Positions 40,246 through 50,484 are shown, counted from the stretch's first letter. The stretch: DNA of 64,000 nt from Longimicrobiales bacterium (GCA_965219445.1 CBDCNQ010000004.1:256001-320000); one strand, 5' to 3'. The notes: generated by a model not told the origin, from the letters alone. Translations and numbers: made by a program.

Positions 40246-41316
40246 ATGTCGGTTCGCAAGCCAATTGTGTCCATAGCCGCGCTTCTCGTTGTGTCCTCGT
40301 TGTTGGCACCGCAGCACACAGCTGCGCAGAACTCCTCGAACCCATATTCGATCATCGAAGGGTGGGCAAAGCTTCCGAGCGGAAGGGAGATGGGAGCAGT
40401 CGGCAAGGCGACGGTCGACCCCGACGGACGCCATATCTGGGCCGTCATCCGCTGCGATGCCGGGCCTGAGCGGTTCGGAACAGAGTGCCTTGATTCAGAC
40501 CTGCCTCCCGTCTCGAAGTTCGACCCCGACGGGAACCTGGTCGAGGCCTTCGGCAGCGGAATGTTCATCTGGCCGCATGGAATTGACGTTGACTCCGATG
40601 GCAACGTCTGGGTGACTGACGCCGTGAGTGAAAACAACATTCCCGCGGGCGACAATCGGGGCCATCAGGTCATCAAGTTCAGTCCGACGGGCGAAGTGCT
40701 CATGACACTTGGCACGCCCGGAGAAGAGGGGGGCGGTCCGAACCACTTCACCTCTCCCAGCGATGTGGCGGTCGCGCCCAACGGCGACGTGTTCATCGCG
40801 GACGGCCACAACGAGAGCGGTAACAACCGCGTGATGAAGTACAACAGCCGCGGCGAGTTCCTCATGTCTTGGGGAGAGACCGGGTACGCCCCAGGGCAGT
40901 TCCGTGCCCTACACGCCATCGACATCGACATGGACGGCCGGGTCTTCGTGGGAGATCGAGGCAACAGCCGAATCCAGATTTTCGACCAACAGGGCAATCA
41001 TGCCGCCACTTGGACCCAATTCGGGCGCCCAAGCGGAATTGCCTTTGACGACCAGGGGCGGATTTACGTGGCGGACTCCGAGTCAGACAATGTGCAGAAC
41101 CCGGGGTTTGAGATGGGGATTCGCATTGGCGAAGTCGAAACGGGCTGGGTGACGGAGTTCATTCGGTTCCCCTGGGCGAATCCTCACATTCGCCCAGGGA
41201 ACGGAGCAGAGTTCGTTGCGGTGGATCGGGAGGGTAACATCTACGGAGGAGAGCCCGTCCCTTTACCTCATCTTAATCACCGAACGCTCAAGAAGTACGA
41301 GCGAGTGCGGCCCTAA
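40246..41316 (+). CDS. NHL-repeat protein (peptidyl-alpha-hydroxyglycine lyase-like), secreted
   Basis: FIWPHGIDVD, FTSPSDVAVAPNGDVFIADG, DRGNSRIQIFD. Confidence 0.88.
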   Translation: MSVRKPIVSIAALLVVSSLLAPQHTAAQNSSNPYSIIEGWAKLPSGREMGAVGKATVDPDGRHIWAVIRCDAGPERFGTECLDSDLPPVSKFDPDGNLVEAFGSGMFIWPHGIDVDSDGNVWVTDAVSENNIPAGDNRGHQVIKFSPTGEVLMTLGTPGEEGGGPNHFTSPSDVAVAPNGDVFIADGHNESGNNRVMKYNSRGEFLMSWGETGYAPGQFRALHAIDIDMDGRVFVGDRGNSRIQIFDQQGNHAATWTQFGRPSGIAFDDQGRIYVADSESDNVQNPGFEMGIRIGEVETGWVTEFIRFPWANPHIRPGNGAEFVAVDREGNIYGGEPVPLPHLNHRTLKKYERVRP

Positions 41317-41871
41317 GCGATGGTCCGCCCCCAGCTTCAGAGCCGAGATCGACCGCATCGTGGAAGAGTGTTCCAATTGGATACGTTGAACTACGTGTAG
41401 ATAAGTGCTGATTACGTAGGGATAACGGCCGGCTCTACTCCATCACCACCCGCCGCACAGTTTCCCTCCAGAGCGGCATCGCCTGCCTTCGGGAGGGACG
41501 GCCCCCCCCATCTCATGGGACCCACGACGGAAGGACCCGCTGGACGGTGACCCTACCGGCCTCCCAGCAATCAAGTAGCCTGGGCCAGGAGCCCAGACAT
41601 GAAAAAAAGCGGGGCGGACGTTAACGTCGTCCTTTGCTAGGTTGTTGAACTGAGTGCTTGATGCCGGACACAAAGAAAGGGGCCGCTCCTGTTGCTAGCG
41701 CCTTAGGACGCCTTAGAAGAGAAGAGAAGAAACTACGGACGGCAAACCGTATGATTGCTGACCTTTTTTTCGCCTGGTTTTGGCACTGTTCCCGGCACTG
41801 TTCGGGTTTTCGCGCCAGAAAAGAGAAAGTCCTTACAGCCGTAAGTGACTGCTGGTACTTCTCTTACGCAG

Positions 41872-41944
41872 TGGAGCCAGCCGGGATCGAACCGGCGACC
41901 TCTGGCTTGCAAAGCCAGCGCTCTCCCAACTGAGCTATGGCCCC
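41872..41944 (-). tRNA. tRNA-Ala(TGC)
   Basis: GGGGCCATAGCTCAGTTGGGAGAGCGCTGGCTTTGCAAGCCAGAGGTCGCCGGTTCGATCCCGGCTGGCTCCA; G3:U70 pair; CCA not encoded. Confidence 0.97.
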
Positions 41945-42040
41945 TCTTTGCTGCTTCCGTCCTGTAGGTAAGCGGTTTCCCCGTTTCCGCTAAACCCCGC
42001 CGATGAACAGGTGTGCACGTTGGTGTGCACGTTCGGGGTT

Positions 42041-42440
42041 TCACTGGGCCTCCCGAAGCTCACCCGCCCCAAGAACGACACGTAAGGTAGTCTCGCTGTC
42101 GGCCTGTTGGTAGGCGGTTTTCAGGCTAACCGTATTCTTCCATCCGCCAGCGTGCGCCACATCGACGTCCGGCATGTGCTTTCTCTCCGTTGCCCACTTC
42201 CGGCGGTAGCTGTGCCACAGAGTACCCCTCAACGGCTCCAGCCCTGCGAGCTTCTCTCCCTTCCGCAGCCATTTGTCTGCCAAGTGCCGTGTGATGGGCT
42301 TTGTCGGGTCCGCCGGTGACGGAAATAAGGGTGTGGCACCTATGCCGGGACGCTCCTTCACGATACGGTCCAAGGCGGCTCGTACGGGCGGTGAGACTGG
42401 GACGGTAGCCTCGTATCCAACCTTGTCTGTACCGGAGCTG
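42041..42440 (-). pseudogene. C-terminal remnant of a tyrosine integrase
   Basis: TDK, LFPS, WHSYRRKWAT (HxxR), GGW, catalytic Y in AYQQAD; fused to an SRPBCC N-terminal scrap (42437-42521). Confidence 0.85.
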
Positions 42441-42761
42441 AATGTCCCCGAAGTCGTTGAGCACTTCCCACACGCTCTCCACCGGAGCCGCAATCTGACG
42501 AGTGATCGTGAATTCCGGCATCAGGGCCTCCTTAGGATAGAGCCGACGATCACCACGCCTTCCACGAAGACGCGAAGCCAGGGGATCTGCTTGCTCAATC
42601 AACTACCTCTTTCACGCGCTCTAACGGATTTGCGATTCTGCTGCGCGGCTAATGTGGTGACCGCAGGCGTAGCGCGCGAGCCCTCAGTTGCCCCCGTCCT
42701 GGGGATGCGTCTCTATCCACTCGCGGGACACTCCACCGCCACGGTCCGTAAGCCGTCGCTA

Positions 42762-43946
42762 TCATCCTCCGTCCGGCCTGATCGCTATGGATTGGGGGCC
42801 ATCTCCGACAGTGATCGTGGAGGTGACTGTGTTGGTGGCGAGGTCGATCACCGACACGTCGTCCGAGAACTGCGACGCGACGTAAGCGAAGTCACCGTCC
42901 GGCCCGGTCGCGATGCCACCGGGGCCATCTCCGACAGCAATCGTGGAGGTGACGACGTTCGTCGCCAAGTTGATCACCGACACGTTGTCGGAAGAGAACA
43001 TCGCGACGTAAGCGAAGGCACCGTCCGGCCTGATCGCGATGTCAAAGGAGGTATTCCCGACAGCGATCGTGGAGATGACGCTGTTGGTCGCCAGGTCGAT
43101 CACCGACACGTTGTTGGCGTTCTGGTCTGCCACGTAGGCGAAGGCACCGTCCGGCCTGATCGCGATTTCCCCGGGTGTATCCCCAACAGGTAGAGATGTA
43201 ACTACGGCATTGGTGGCGAGGTCGATCACCGACACGTTACCGGAGAGTCCTCCCGTGACGTAAGCGAAGGCACCGTCCGGCCTGATCGCTATGCCAAAGG
43301 CGCCAACGATGACGGAAACCGTGGAGGTGACTGTGTTGGTGACCAGGTCGATCACCGACACTGTGGAGGCGCCCAAGTTCGTGACGTAGCCGAAGACTCC
43401 GTCCGGCCTGATCGCGATGCCAAAGGGGGAATCAAAATCGATCGTGGAGGTGACGACGTTGGTCGCCAGGTCGATCACCGACGCGTTGTCGGAGCGTCCG
43501 TTCACGACGTAGGCGAAGGCACCGGGAGCCGGAATCGGGTCGTTCACGGTGACCGACGCCGTTCCACTAGCGGAGCCAGAAGTCGCCGTGATCGTCGCCG
43601 TTCCATTGGCGACGGCCGTGACGAGCCCCGTGGACGAAACGCTCGCGACGGATGAGCTAGAGGACGCCCACGTAACGGACGCACCGCTCATCGTCACACC
43701 GTTCTGGTCCCCGACCGTCTCAGTAAGCTGTTGTGTTTCTCCTAGCGACGAGAAGCTCAGGATCGTGGGCGAGAGCATGACGGTCGTCGCAACGGGAGTT
43801 TCTGGCTCGGCGGGCGACCCGCAACTCGCCAGGACGGCGAGAAGAATGGTCAGGAGGGCGGCGGCACCGCCCGGCGCCGCGGTTCGTTGTACACTAACGG
43901 CTTCCTGCAACAATCTGGCGCGGACGATGGAGAGGGGCTTACGCAT
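42762..43946 (-). CDS. Lipoprotein with Big_2 domain and YVTN beta-propeller repeats
   Basis: LASC lipobox, VASVSSTGLVTAVANGTATITA, six or more IAIRPDGAFAYV..VSVIDLATN repeats. Confidence 0.9.
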   Translation of the reverse strand: MRKPLSIVRARLLQEAVSVQRTAAPGGAAALLTILLAVLASCGSPAEPETPVATTVMLSPTILSFSSLGETQQLTETVGDQNGVTMSGASVTWASSSSSVASVSSTGLVTAVANGTATITATSGSASGTASVTVNDPIPAPGAFAYVVNGRSDNASVIDLATNVVTSTIDFDSPFGIAIRPDGVFGYVTNLGASTVSVIDLVTNTVTSTVSVIVGAFGIAIRPDGAFAYVTGGLSGNVSVIDLATNAVVTSLPVGDTPGEIAIRPDGAFAYVADQNANNVSVIDLATNSVISTIAVGNTSFDIAIRPDGAFAYVAMFSSDNVSVINLATNVVTSTIAVGDGPGGIATGPDGDFAYVASQFSDDVSVIDLATNTVTSTITVGDGPQSIAIRPDGG

Positions 43947-44062
43947 GGCTGTCTCCTTCTAGCTTCGCCGCTGGAGGGGGAGAGCGGCTGGACACTACCG
44001 ATCCGATGTTATGCTACGGGAAGATTAGACGCAAGCCGACACCGTGCGTCTCACGCCTGACT

Positions 44063-44105
44063 CGAGAAGACGGCCACCTCCGAACGATGGGGGTGGCCGT
44101 TTCTC
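44063..44105 (-). terminator. Repeated hairpin/terminator module, copy 3
   Basis: cgagaagacggccacctccgaacgatgggggtggccgtttctc. Confidence 0.65.
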
Positions 44106-44149
44106 TTGACCCGATCCTTACTTGAATCGTCTGGTGCCGTTCCCACGCG

Positions 44150-44320
44150 TCAGCGTGTAAAGGCGTAGTAGATCACGTAGAACCAAGAGAAGACCCCATG
44201 GATGACGGCCCATAGGATGGACTGATGCAGCGACCAGGAAATGACAATCGCAAGAGCGCTACCGAAGCCAATTCCGCCACGCACCGCGTGCCCCTTGGCG
44301 GCTCTGCGTTTGTCACTCAA
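44150..44320 (-). CDS. Small 56-aa membrane protein (not in the ORF track)
   Basis: RBS gaggagg plus TTG; MSDKRRAAKGHAVRGGIGFGSALAIVISWSLHQSILWAVIHGVFSWFYVIYYAFTR. Confidence 0.7.
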   Translation of the reverse strand: MSDKRRAAKGHAVRGGIGFGSALAIVISWSLHQSILWAVIHGVFSWFYVIYYAFTR

Positions 44321-44443
44321 AGCGTCCTCCTCATGATCGAGTTCCCTCGCGGACTTGCCGAACTGATCTGGGACTTCTGATGCTGCGCGGTTAATCTGCC
44401 GACCGCAAGCGAAGCGCGCGAGCCTCTAGCAGACCCTTCTCGT

Positions 44444-44934
44444 TCAACCAAAGGGCGTGATATGCGGGTTTTGATCGAACAGAGGCACGTCAACGAGTAG
44501 CTCGTCAACGAGGGCTATGAACTCAGCGGAAAAGACGCGCTCGACCCCGAAATTTTCCCACCACGCTCGCGCTTGCGGGGCTGATAGTGTCGCTAGAATT
44601 GAGCCTTGATACGATCGCCACGTGACGTCATCGAGTGTTCCGCTTTCGTATTGCAGCCAGTTGTTTTCCCGCATGCGGACGAATGTCACTAGTAAAAAGC
44701 TCACGCGAACTCTTTCTTCGTCGGTCAAATCCGGCTTGTACTGCAGAAGAAGCAGTTCCGGGCTCTCGATGTACAGCTCAAGAAACTGCTGATCCGAAGC
44801 AAGCATCGCCTGCCGGGTATCAGCCTGGGTCGCTCCGGCGTTCTGCTGAAGCTCGATCACTAGATACACAAGAGTAATCAGTATGGCCACAGAGCTAAAA
44901 ATCTCAGCGACGGCAGATGTCTTGGTCAGTTCAT
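44444..44934 (-). CDS. Hypothetical protein with an N-terminal TM helix; apparent 1-bp deletion just after ATG 44934
   Basis: SAVAEIFSSVAILITLVYLVIELQQN..ENNWLQYESGTLD..W..AWW. Confidence 0.6.
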
Positions 44935-45292
44935 GGTTTTCCCTTTAGGATTGATGCGCTGATTCTGCGCCGTCTTAGGGGCGGGAGCGAGGCTGTCGGA
45001 GTTGAGTTCTCCGGAATTCGACGACCGCGATTCTGATCTTATAAGGCGAAAGGCTGACCTCACTCGAGCGGGACATTACGCTGATCTTGCTCAAAGGCCT
45101 TCCGCATCCCAACCCAAGGAGGATCACCATGCTCATCCGGATCGTGAGCCGCAAGCGAAGCGCGCGAGCCTGATGTCTACCGCGACAGTAGCAATCGCTT
45201 GATACTCATGCAGGCCCCCTCCTGGACCTCTCAGAGAGAGGACGGAATGATCAGAGCGCGACGCTCGATCCATCCAACCCAGGAGGGGAACC

Positions 45293-46339
45293 ATGCGCTT
45301 CTACACCGGCCAGCATCGATACTACTGTGGCATCGACCTTCACGCTCGCACGCTCTACCTCTGTATCCTGGACTGCCAGGGCAAGATACGACTACACAAG
45401 AGGCTACGCTGTGAGCGCGAGGCACTGCTTCGCGCCCTCGAGCCGTACCGTTCAGATCTCGTCGTGGGCAGCGAGTGCATCTTCTGCTGGTACTGGCTCG
45501 CCGATCTCTGTGCTCGCGAGCAGATCCCCTTCGTGCTCGGCCATGCGCTCTACATGAAGGCGATCCATGGGGCCAAGGCGAAGAACGACCACATCGACTC
45601 CCACAAGACGGCGGTGCTGCTGCGCGGGGGTGCCTTTCCGGTGGCCTACGTCTATCCCCCGCAGATGCGAGCCACGCGCGATGTGCTCCGGCGCCGACTC
45701 TACTTCGTACGCAAGCGCGGCGAACTCCTCGCCCACGTCCGTAACACCTTTCATCAGTACAACCTGCCTCGGCCCTCCGGTCAGCTCCTCTATAAGAAGA
45801 ACCGCGAGGGACTGGCCCAGGCATTCGACGATCGCATGATCCAGAGGACCATCGAGGCGGATCTCGCACTCGCGGATCGCTTCGACCCCGTGATCCGAGA
45901 ACTCGAGCGCACGATCGAAGAAGAAGCCCGCGTCCACGACCACGACACGCTGCAGCGGCTGCGAACCATCCCCGGCATTGGCCGCATCCTGGCCCTCACG
46001 CTGCTCTATGAGATCCACGACATCGCTCGCTTCAGCACGGTGCAGCGCTTCAGCTCCTACTGTCGACTCGCCAAGCCCGAGCACCGCAGTGCAGGCAAGC
46101 GAGTCGGCAGCGGAGGAGCCAAGATCGGCAACGCACACCTCAAGTGGGCGTTCAGTGAGGCGGCCGTCCTCTTCCTTCGCGACAACGTCCGCGGCCAGGC
46201 CCATCTCAAGAGGCTCGCGCGCCGCCACGGCAAGGGCAAGGCGCTCAGCATCCTTGCGGCTCGCATCGGACGCGCCACCTACTTCATGCTCAAGAACCGG
46301 GAGGCATTCGACACCGAACGCTTCTATACACGCACCTGA
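45293..46339 (+). mobile_element. IS110-family recombinase; element about 45203-46461, right end apparently cut by an IS3 IR
   Basis: YCGIDLH, KNDHIDS, TIPGIG, SAGK, GNAHLKWAFSEAA. Confidence 0.92.
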
Positions 46340-46461
46340 CGGGGAGGGGAGGTTGTGAGCCTTGATTTCTAACTCGAGCGGGCACCGGATGCCTGACAGC
46401 CGCCTCGCTTGATTGGACGCCTCCTCCCGCTCCCCACACATCGAGTCGGTCTCACTCAGGA

Positions 46462-49297
46462 TGACGTCCCTCTCTGCCAACTTACGTGAGACACGGAGCA
46501 GCTAAGGAATTAGAGTAGGGCGAAGGCAGAGAAACCGAGGATGCTGAGACACCGAGAGAGAATGAAAGAGAATGGAATAGCCCCACCAACCTGGGACGGT
46601 AAGCGAAGCGCGGCAGCTCCTGCGGACTCGGAGGTGGTAGATAGGCCGCTGCGCCGGCGGTTCGCTCCGTCGTACAAGCTGCGGATCGTCGAAGAAGCGG
46701 ACCGGTGCACGGAGCCCGGAGAGGTTGGCCGACTCCTACGGCGGGAGGGCTTGTACTCGTCGCACCTGACGACATGGCGCAAGGCGGCGCATAGCGGGTC
46801 CCTGAAAGCGCTGTCGAAGAAACGAGGCCGTAAGCGCGAGCGCAATCCGCTGGAGGAGAAGGTGCGCAAGCTGGAGCGCGAGAACACTCGCCTCGAGAAG
46901 GAGCTCCAGAAGGCGCACTTGATCATCGACGTCCAGGGAAAAGTTGCAGGGCTGCTGGGATTGAGCCTCGAGGACGGGACGAACTCATGAAGGCGACCCA
47001 GGAGCTAGCCAAGCACGTAGGGGTGAAGCCCGCGTGCGATGCGCTCAGGGTGCCGCGAGCCACGTTCTACCGTCGTCGGAGTGCATCGACCGGGCATCAG
47101 CAGCCCCGCCCGACCCCCGCCCGGGCCTTAAGTGAGAGGGAGCGGGACAAGATTTTCGACACCCTGTGTTCGGAGCGGTTCGTGGACCGGTCCCCAGCCG
47201 AGGTGGTGGCGACGCTGCTCGACGAGGACGTCTACCTGTGCAGCGAGCGTACGATGTATCGCGTTCTGGCTTCCCAGGTGCCGGTTCAGGAGCGTCGAGC
47301 GCAGCGGAGTCATCCCAAATACCAGAAGCCCGAGTTGATGGCGAGGGGCCCGAACCAGGTCTGGTCCTGGGATATCACCCGGCTGCTGGGGCCGAAGAAG
47401 TGGAGTTACTTCTACCTCTACGTGATCCTGGACATCTTCAGCCGCTACGTCGTGGGATGGATGGTGGCGGATCGGGAGAACTCTGCCCTGGCCAGCCGGC
47501 TGATCCAGCAGAGTTGCTTGAAGCATGGCGTCCAGCCCCACCTCCTGACCCTGCATTCCGATCGAGGGGCTCCGATGACGAGCCAATGCACGGCTCAACT
47601 ACTCGCCGATCTCGGCGTGACCCGCTCGTTGGGCCGACCCCAGGTCTCGGATGACAATCCGTTCTCCGAGGCTCAGTTCAAGACCTTGAAGTACCATCCC
47701 TCGTTTCCCGGCCGGTTCGGGGATCAGGGGCAAGCCAAGACCTTCTGTCGCTCGTTCTTCCGTTGGTATAATGCCGAGCACCGCCATGGCGGCATCTCGA
47801 TGCTGACCCCCGAACAGGTCCACTTCGGTCACGCCGATCGGATCATCGCCTGCAGGAAGGCCGTGCTCCGTGAGGCATGGGCCGCTCATCCCGAGCGCTT
47901 CGTCTCCGGTGAGCCGAAGCCTAAACCACTCCCGGAGGCCGTCTGGATCAATCCTCCCACCCCATCCCTCACGACACAGGAGATTGCTCTCTAATTGATT
48001 TCCAAGAGTGTCTCACTGGCGTTGACAGGTTCCGCCCTCTCCTGCGGTACCACTTGCTATGTTAGACCTGAAGCCATTGGCGGTCCCTGGAGCTGAGGCA
48101 TTCTGAGGAACCAAGGTGATGGTTTCAATGCTTCCGGAGCGGGGGGTAGACCGCCGCAGGCGCTGTGGGGTCGAACGGTATTGTACACCCGCCGCCACTG
48201 CTCGACGAGTACGACGGCCTCGGGCAGTGTGTAAAAGATCTCTCCGTTCAAGAACTCGTTCCTCAGCTTGCCGTTGAAGCTCTCGTTGTAGCCGTTCTCC
48301 CACGGACTGCCCGGCGCGATGTAGAGGATCTGGACCCGCAGCCTGGCCAGCCATCTCCGCACCAGTTTCGCCGTGAACTCTGGCCCGTTGTCCGAGCGCA
48401 GATGCTCGGGCGGACCGTGCCGAGCGAAGAGATCGGTGAGCACCTCGAGAACGTCGTGAGCTCGAGTCTTTCGACCGACCTTGATCGCCAGACACTGCCG
48501 CGTGTACTCGTCGAGCACGGTCAGAAGCTTCAGCGCACGGCCGTCATGGGTCCTCGTGCTTACGAAGTCGTAGGACCACACGTGATTCTTGTGCAGTGGC
48601 CTGAGCCGGATGCACGAGCCATCGTTGAGCCACAACCGACCCCGTTTCGGTTGCCGTCTGGGCACTTTCAGCCCCTCCTGCCTCCAGATACGCTCCACAC
48701 GCTTGTGGTTCACCTCCCAGCCCTCGATGCGTAGCAGGTTCGTGATCTGTCGATACCCGTACCTGCCGAACCGGCTCGCCAACCGTATCACGTCCGTGCG
48801 TAGCGCCGACTCGTCGACCCGCACCTTCTTCACCCGACGCTGAGTCGAGCGCGGCTGACCCAGTACGTGACACGCGTGACGTTCACTCGCCCCGAGTCGC
48901 TGACGTACATGCACCACGCACCTCCGTCGGCGCTCGGGGCTCAGAAGTTTCCCTTGGTCGCTTCCTCCAGGATCAGCTTGTCCACCGTCAGGTTCGCCAC
49001 CGCTCGCTTCAGCCGTGCGTTCTCCTTCTCCAGCTCCTTGAAGCGTCGAGCTTGATCCACCTTCATCCCCCCGAACTCCTGGCGCCACCGGTAGTACGTC
49101 TGCTCGCTGATCCCCAGCTCCCGGCTCACCATCCCCACCGTTTTGCCGTTCGCCAGACCCACCTCCGCCTCTCTCAATGCCGTGATGATCTGCTCCGGCG
49201 TGTGTCGTCTCCTACTCATTCTGACCTCCTCCCTGATGGTTGCGACCAAAGCCGCATCCTAACATCAACTTCGGTCTCGGTTCAGGGGGTCACGTCA
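46462..49297 (-). mobile_element. IS3-family element (orfA 48941-49219, orfB 48057 to about 48950) whose right IR is split by a nested IS
   Basis: IRL tgacgtgaccccctg at 49297; IRR tgacgtccctctc|ctgcggtacc; GGGAAAC frameshift site; [20 protein letters not shown]. Confidence 0.9.
46475..48034 (+). mobile_element. IS3/IS481-like DDE element (orfA 46541-46990, orfB 46987-47994)
   Basis: IRs tgccaacttacgtgagacac / tgtcaacgccagtgagacac; flanking 7-bp direct repeat CCCTCTC; WSWDIT, HSDRG, SEAQFKTLKY. Confidence 0.9.
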
Positions 49298-49418
49298 CAC
49301 GTTCGTGTGCACGTTGGCGTACTCTAAGCCCGTGAACGGTCTGAAGATCGTACTCGGGGTTAGGGGAGGAATCCCTTATTCTGACTGGAGAATTGCGAAA
49401 ACCGGGATCTGTCCAGCG

Positions 49419-49460
49419 GGCTTGCAAAGCCAGCGCTCTCCCAACTGAGCTATGGCCCCT
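49419..49460 (-). repeat. 42-bp duplication of the tRNA-Ala 5' half (att-like)
   Basis: ggcttgcaaagccagcgctctcccaactgagctatggcccct, identical to 41904-41945. Confidence 0.92.
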
Positions 49461-49723
49461 TCGTCGGAGTCGAGCACACCGTTACGGATGATCCGGAGAC
49501 TACCAGCCATTTCGGTCACGAGGATGTCACCATTCGGAAGGAACGCGAGTCCCCAAGGGCGGGTCAACCCTTTCGTGATGACCGACACGCGAATACGCGT
49601 CGAGGGGTTGACCGTTTCGAACTCCCAGGGACCATCACCAAGGGCCGGGGACTGGGCACTGACGTTCGGAGCGATGATGATGACGAGAGACAAAACGTGC
49701 CCTACGAGCTTGAGATTCTTCAT
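49461..49723 (-). pseudogene. N-terminal fragment of a PQQ-dependent sugar dehydrogenase (GSDH/YliI-like)
   Basis: KGLTRPWGLAFLPNGDILVTE..GSLRIIRNGVLD, then runs into the tRNA fragment. Confidence 0.8.
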
Positions 49724-49951
49724 CGGCACGAACTCCTTTCATGCGCGGGCTCGCCCGCTGGCAACGTGACCAATGTGTCGACCGCAAACGAAGTGCGCGA
49801 CCCTCCGTGCCGGACGTCATGCCGAACCTGGACAGGACGCTTGCTACGCGCTCCACGGCCTCGCATGTTAACAGCGAACCAGGGGGCAGAGAGGGTGGCC
49901 TGAATGGTTTTGTGGTCGTCCGGCTGCGCCCATCATCATGAGGAGGGGACC

Positions 49952-50362
49952 ATGGACATCACCAGCACGGGTGCGCAGCCACAACCGGATGACACCGCAC
50001 AAATCAGGGCCACGATCGCGCCCTGGGTCCAGGCATGCTTGGACCGAGACTGGGATTCACTGCTGGCGATGTGCACGGAGGACATCGTGTTCAGTCCTCC
50101 TGGGGAACTCAAGGTCACCGGTGAGGCCGTGCGGCCTTGGCTGGAAGACTATCCACCCATAAAGGCGATGGCGTTCGACTTCGACCGCATCGAGGTCAGC
50201 GGTGATCTGGCGGCCTCCAATGGGTCGGGGAGCATGATCATCGAGGTGGAGGGACAGGAGGCAACGGTGAACTTCGATTTCACAGATGTCTTTCGTAAGG
50301 ATCTAGACGGTGTCTTCCGCTACTCGTCCGTGATCTACAACACCAAGGACGCGCCCGCTTGA
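49952..50362 (+). CDS. SnoaL/DUF4440 NTF2-like protein
   Basis: RBS aggagg; DWDSLLAMCTEDIVFSPPG, IEVSGDLA. Confidence 0.8.
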   Translation: MDITSTGAQPQPDDTAQIRATIAPWVQACLDRDWDSLLAMCTEDIVFSPPGELKVTGEAVRPWLEDYPPIKAMAFDFDRIEVSGDLAASNGSGSMIIEVEGQEATVNFDFTDVFRKDLDGVFRYSSVIYNTKDAPA

Positions 50363-50484
50363 CCGACCGGCTGGCGACGGTGGAGGAAAAGGGTCCCAAG
50401 ACACGCCTGGGCTGCAACTACTGCAACTAAGGGGGCTGAGAGAAATCTCCCAGCCCCCGCCGACGTAGCAGCCAGACCGACGGC

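Noticed and set aside
41391..41421. Chromosomal dif site
   Set aside because: 7-bp spacer and a poor XerD arm match; kept only as a weak dyad.
42762..43520. Regular ~126-bp repeats resembling an array
   Set aside because: They are in-frame YVTN propeller repeats in a coding gene, not CRISPR.
46462..49297. Target-site duplication for the second IS3 element
   Set aside because: Flanks differ (agga vs cacg), so no TSD; adjacent rearrangement is likely.
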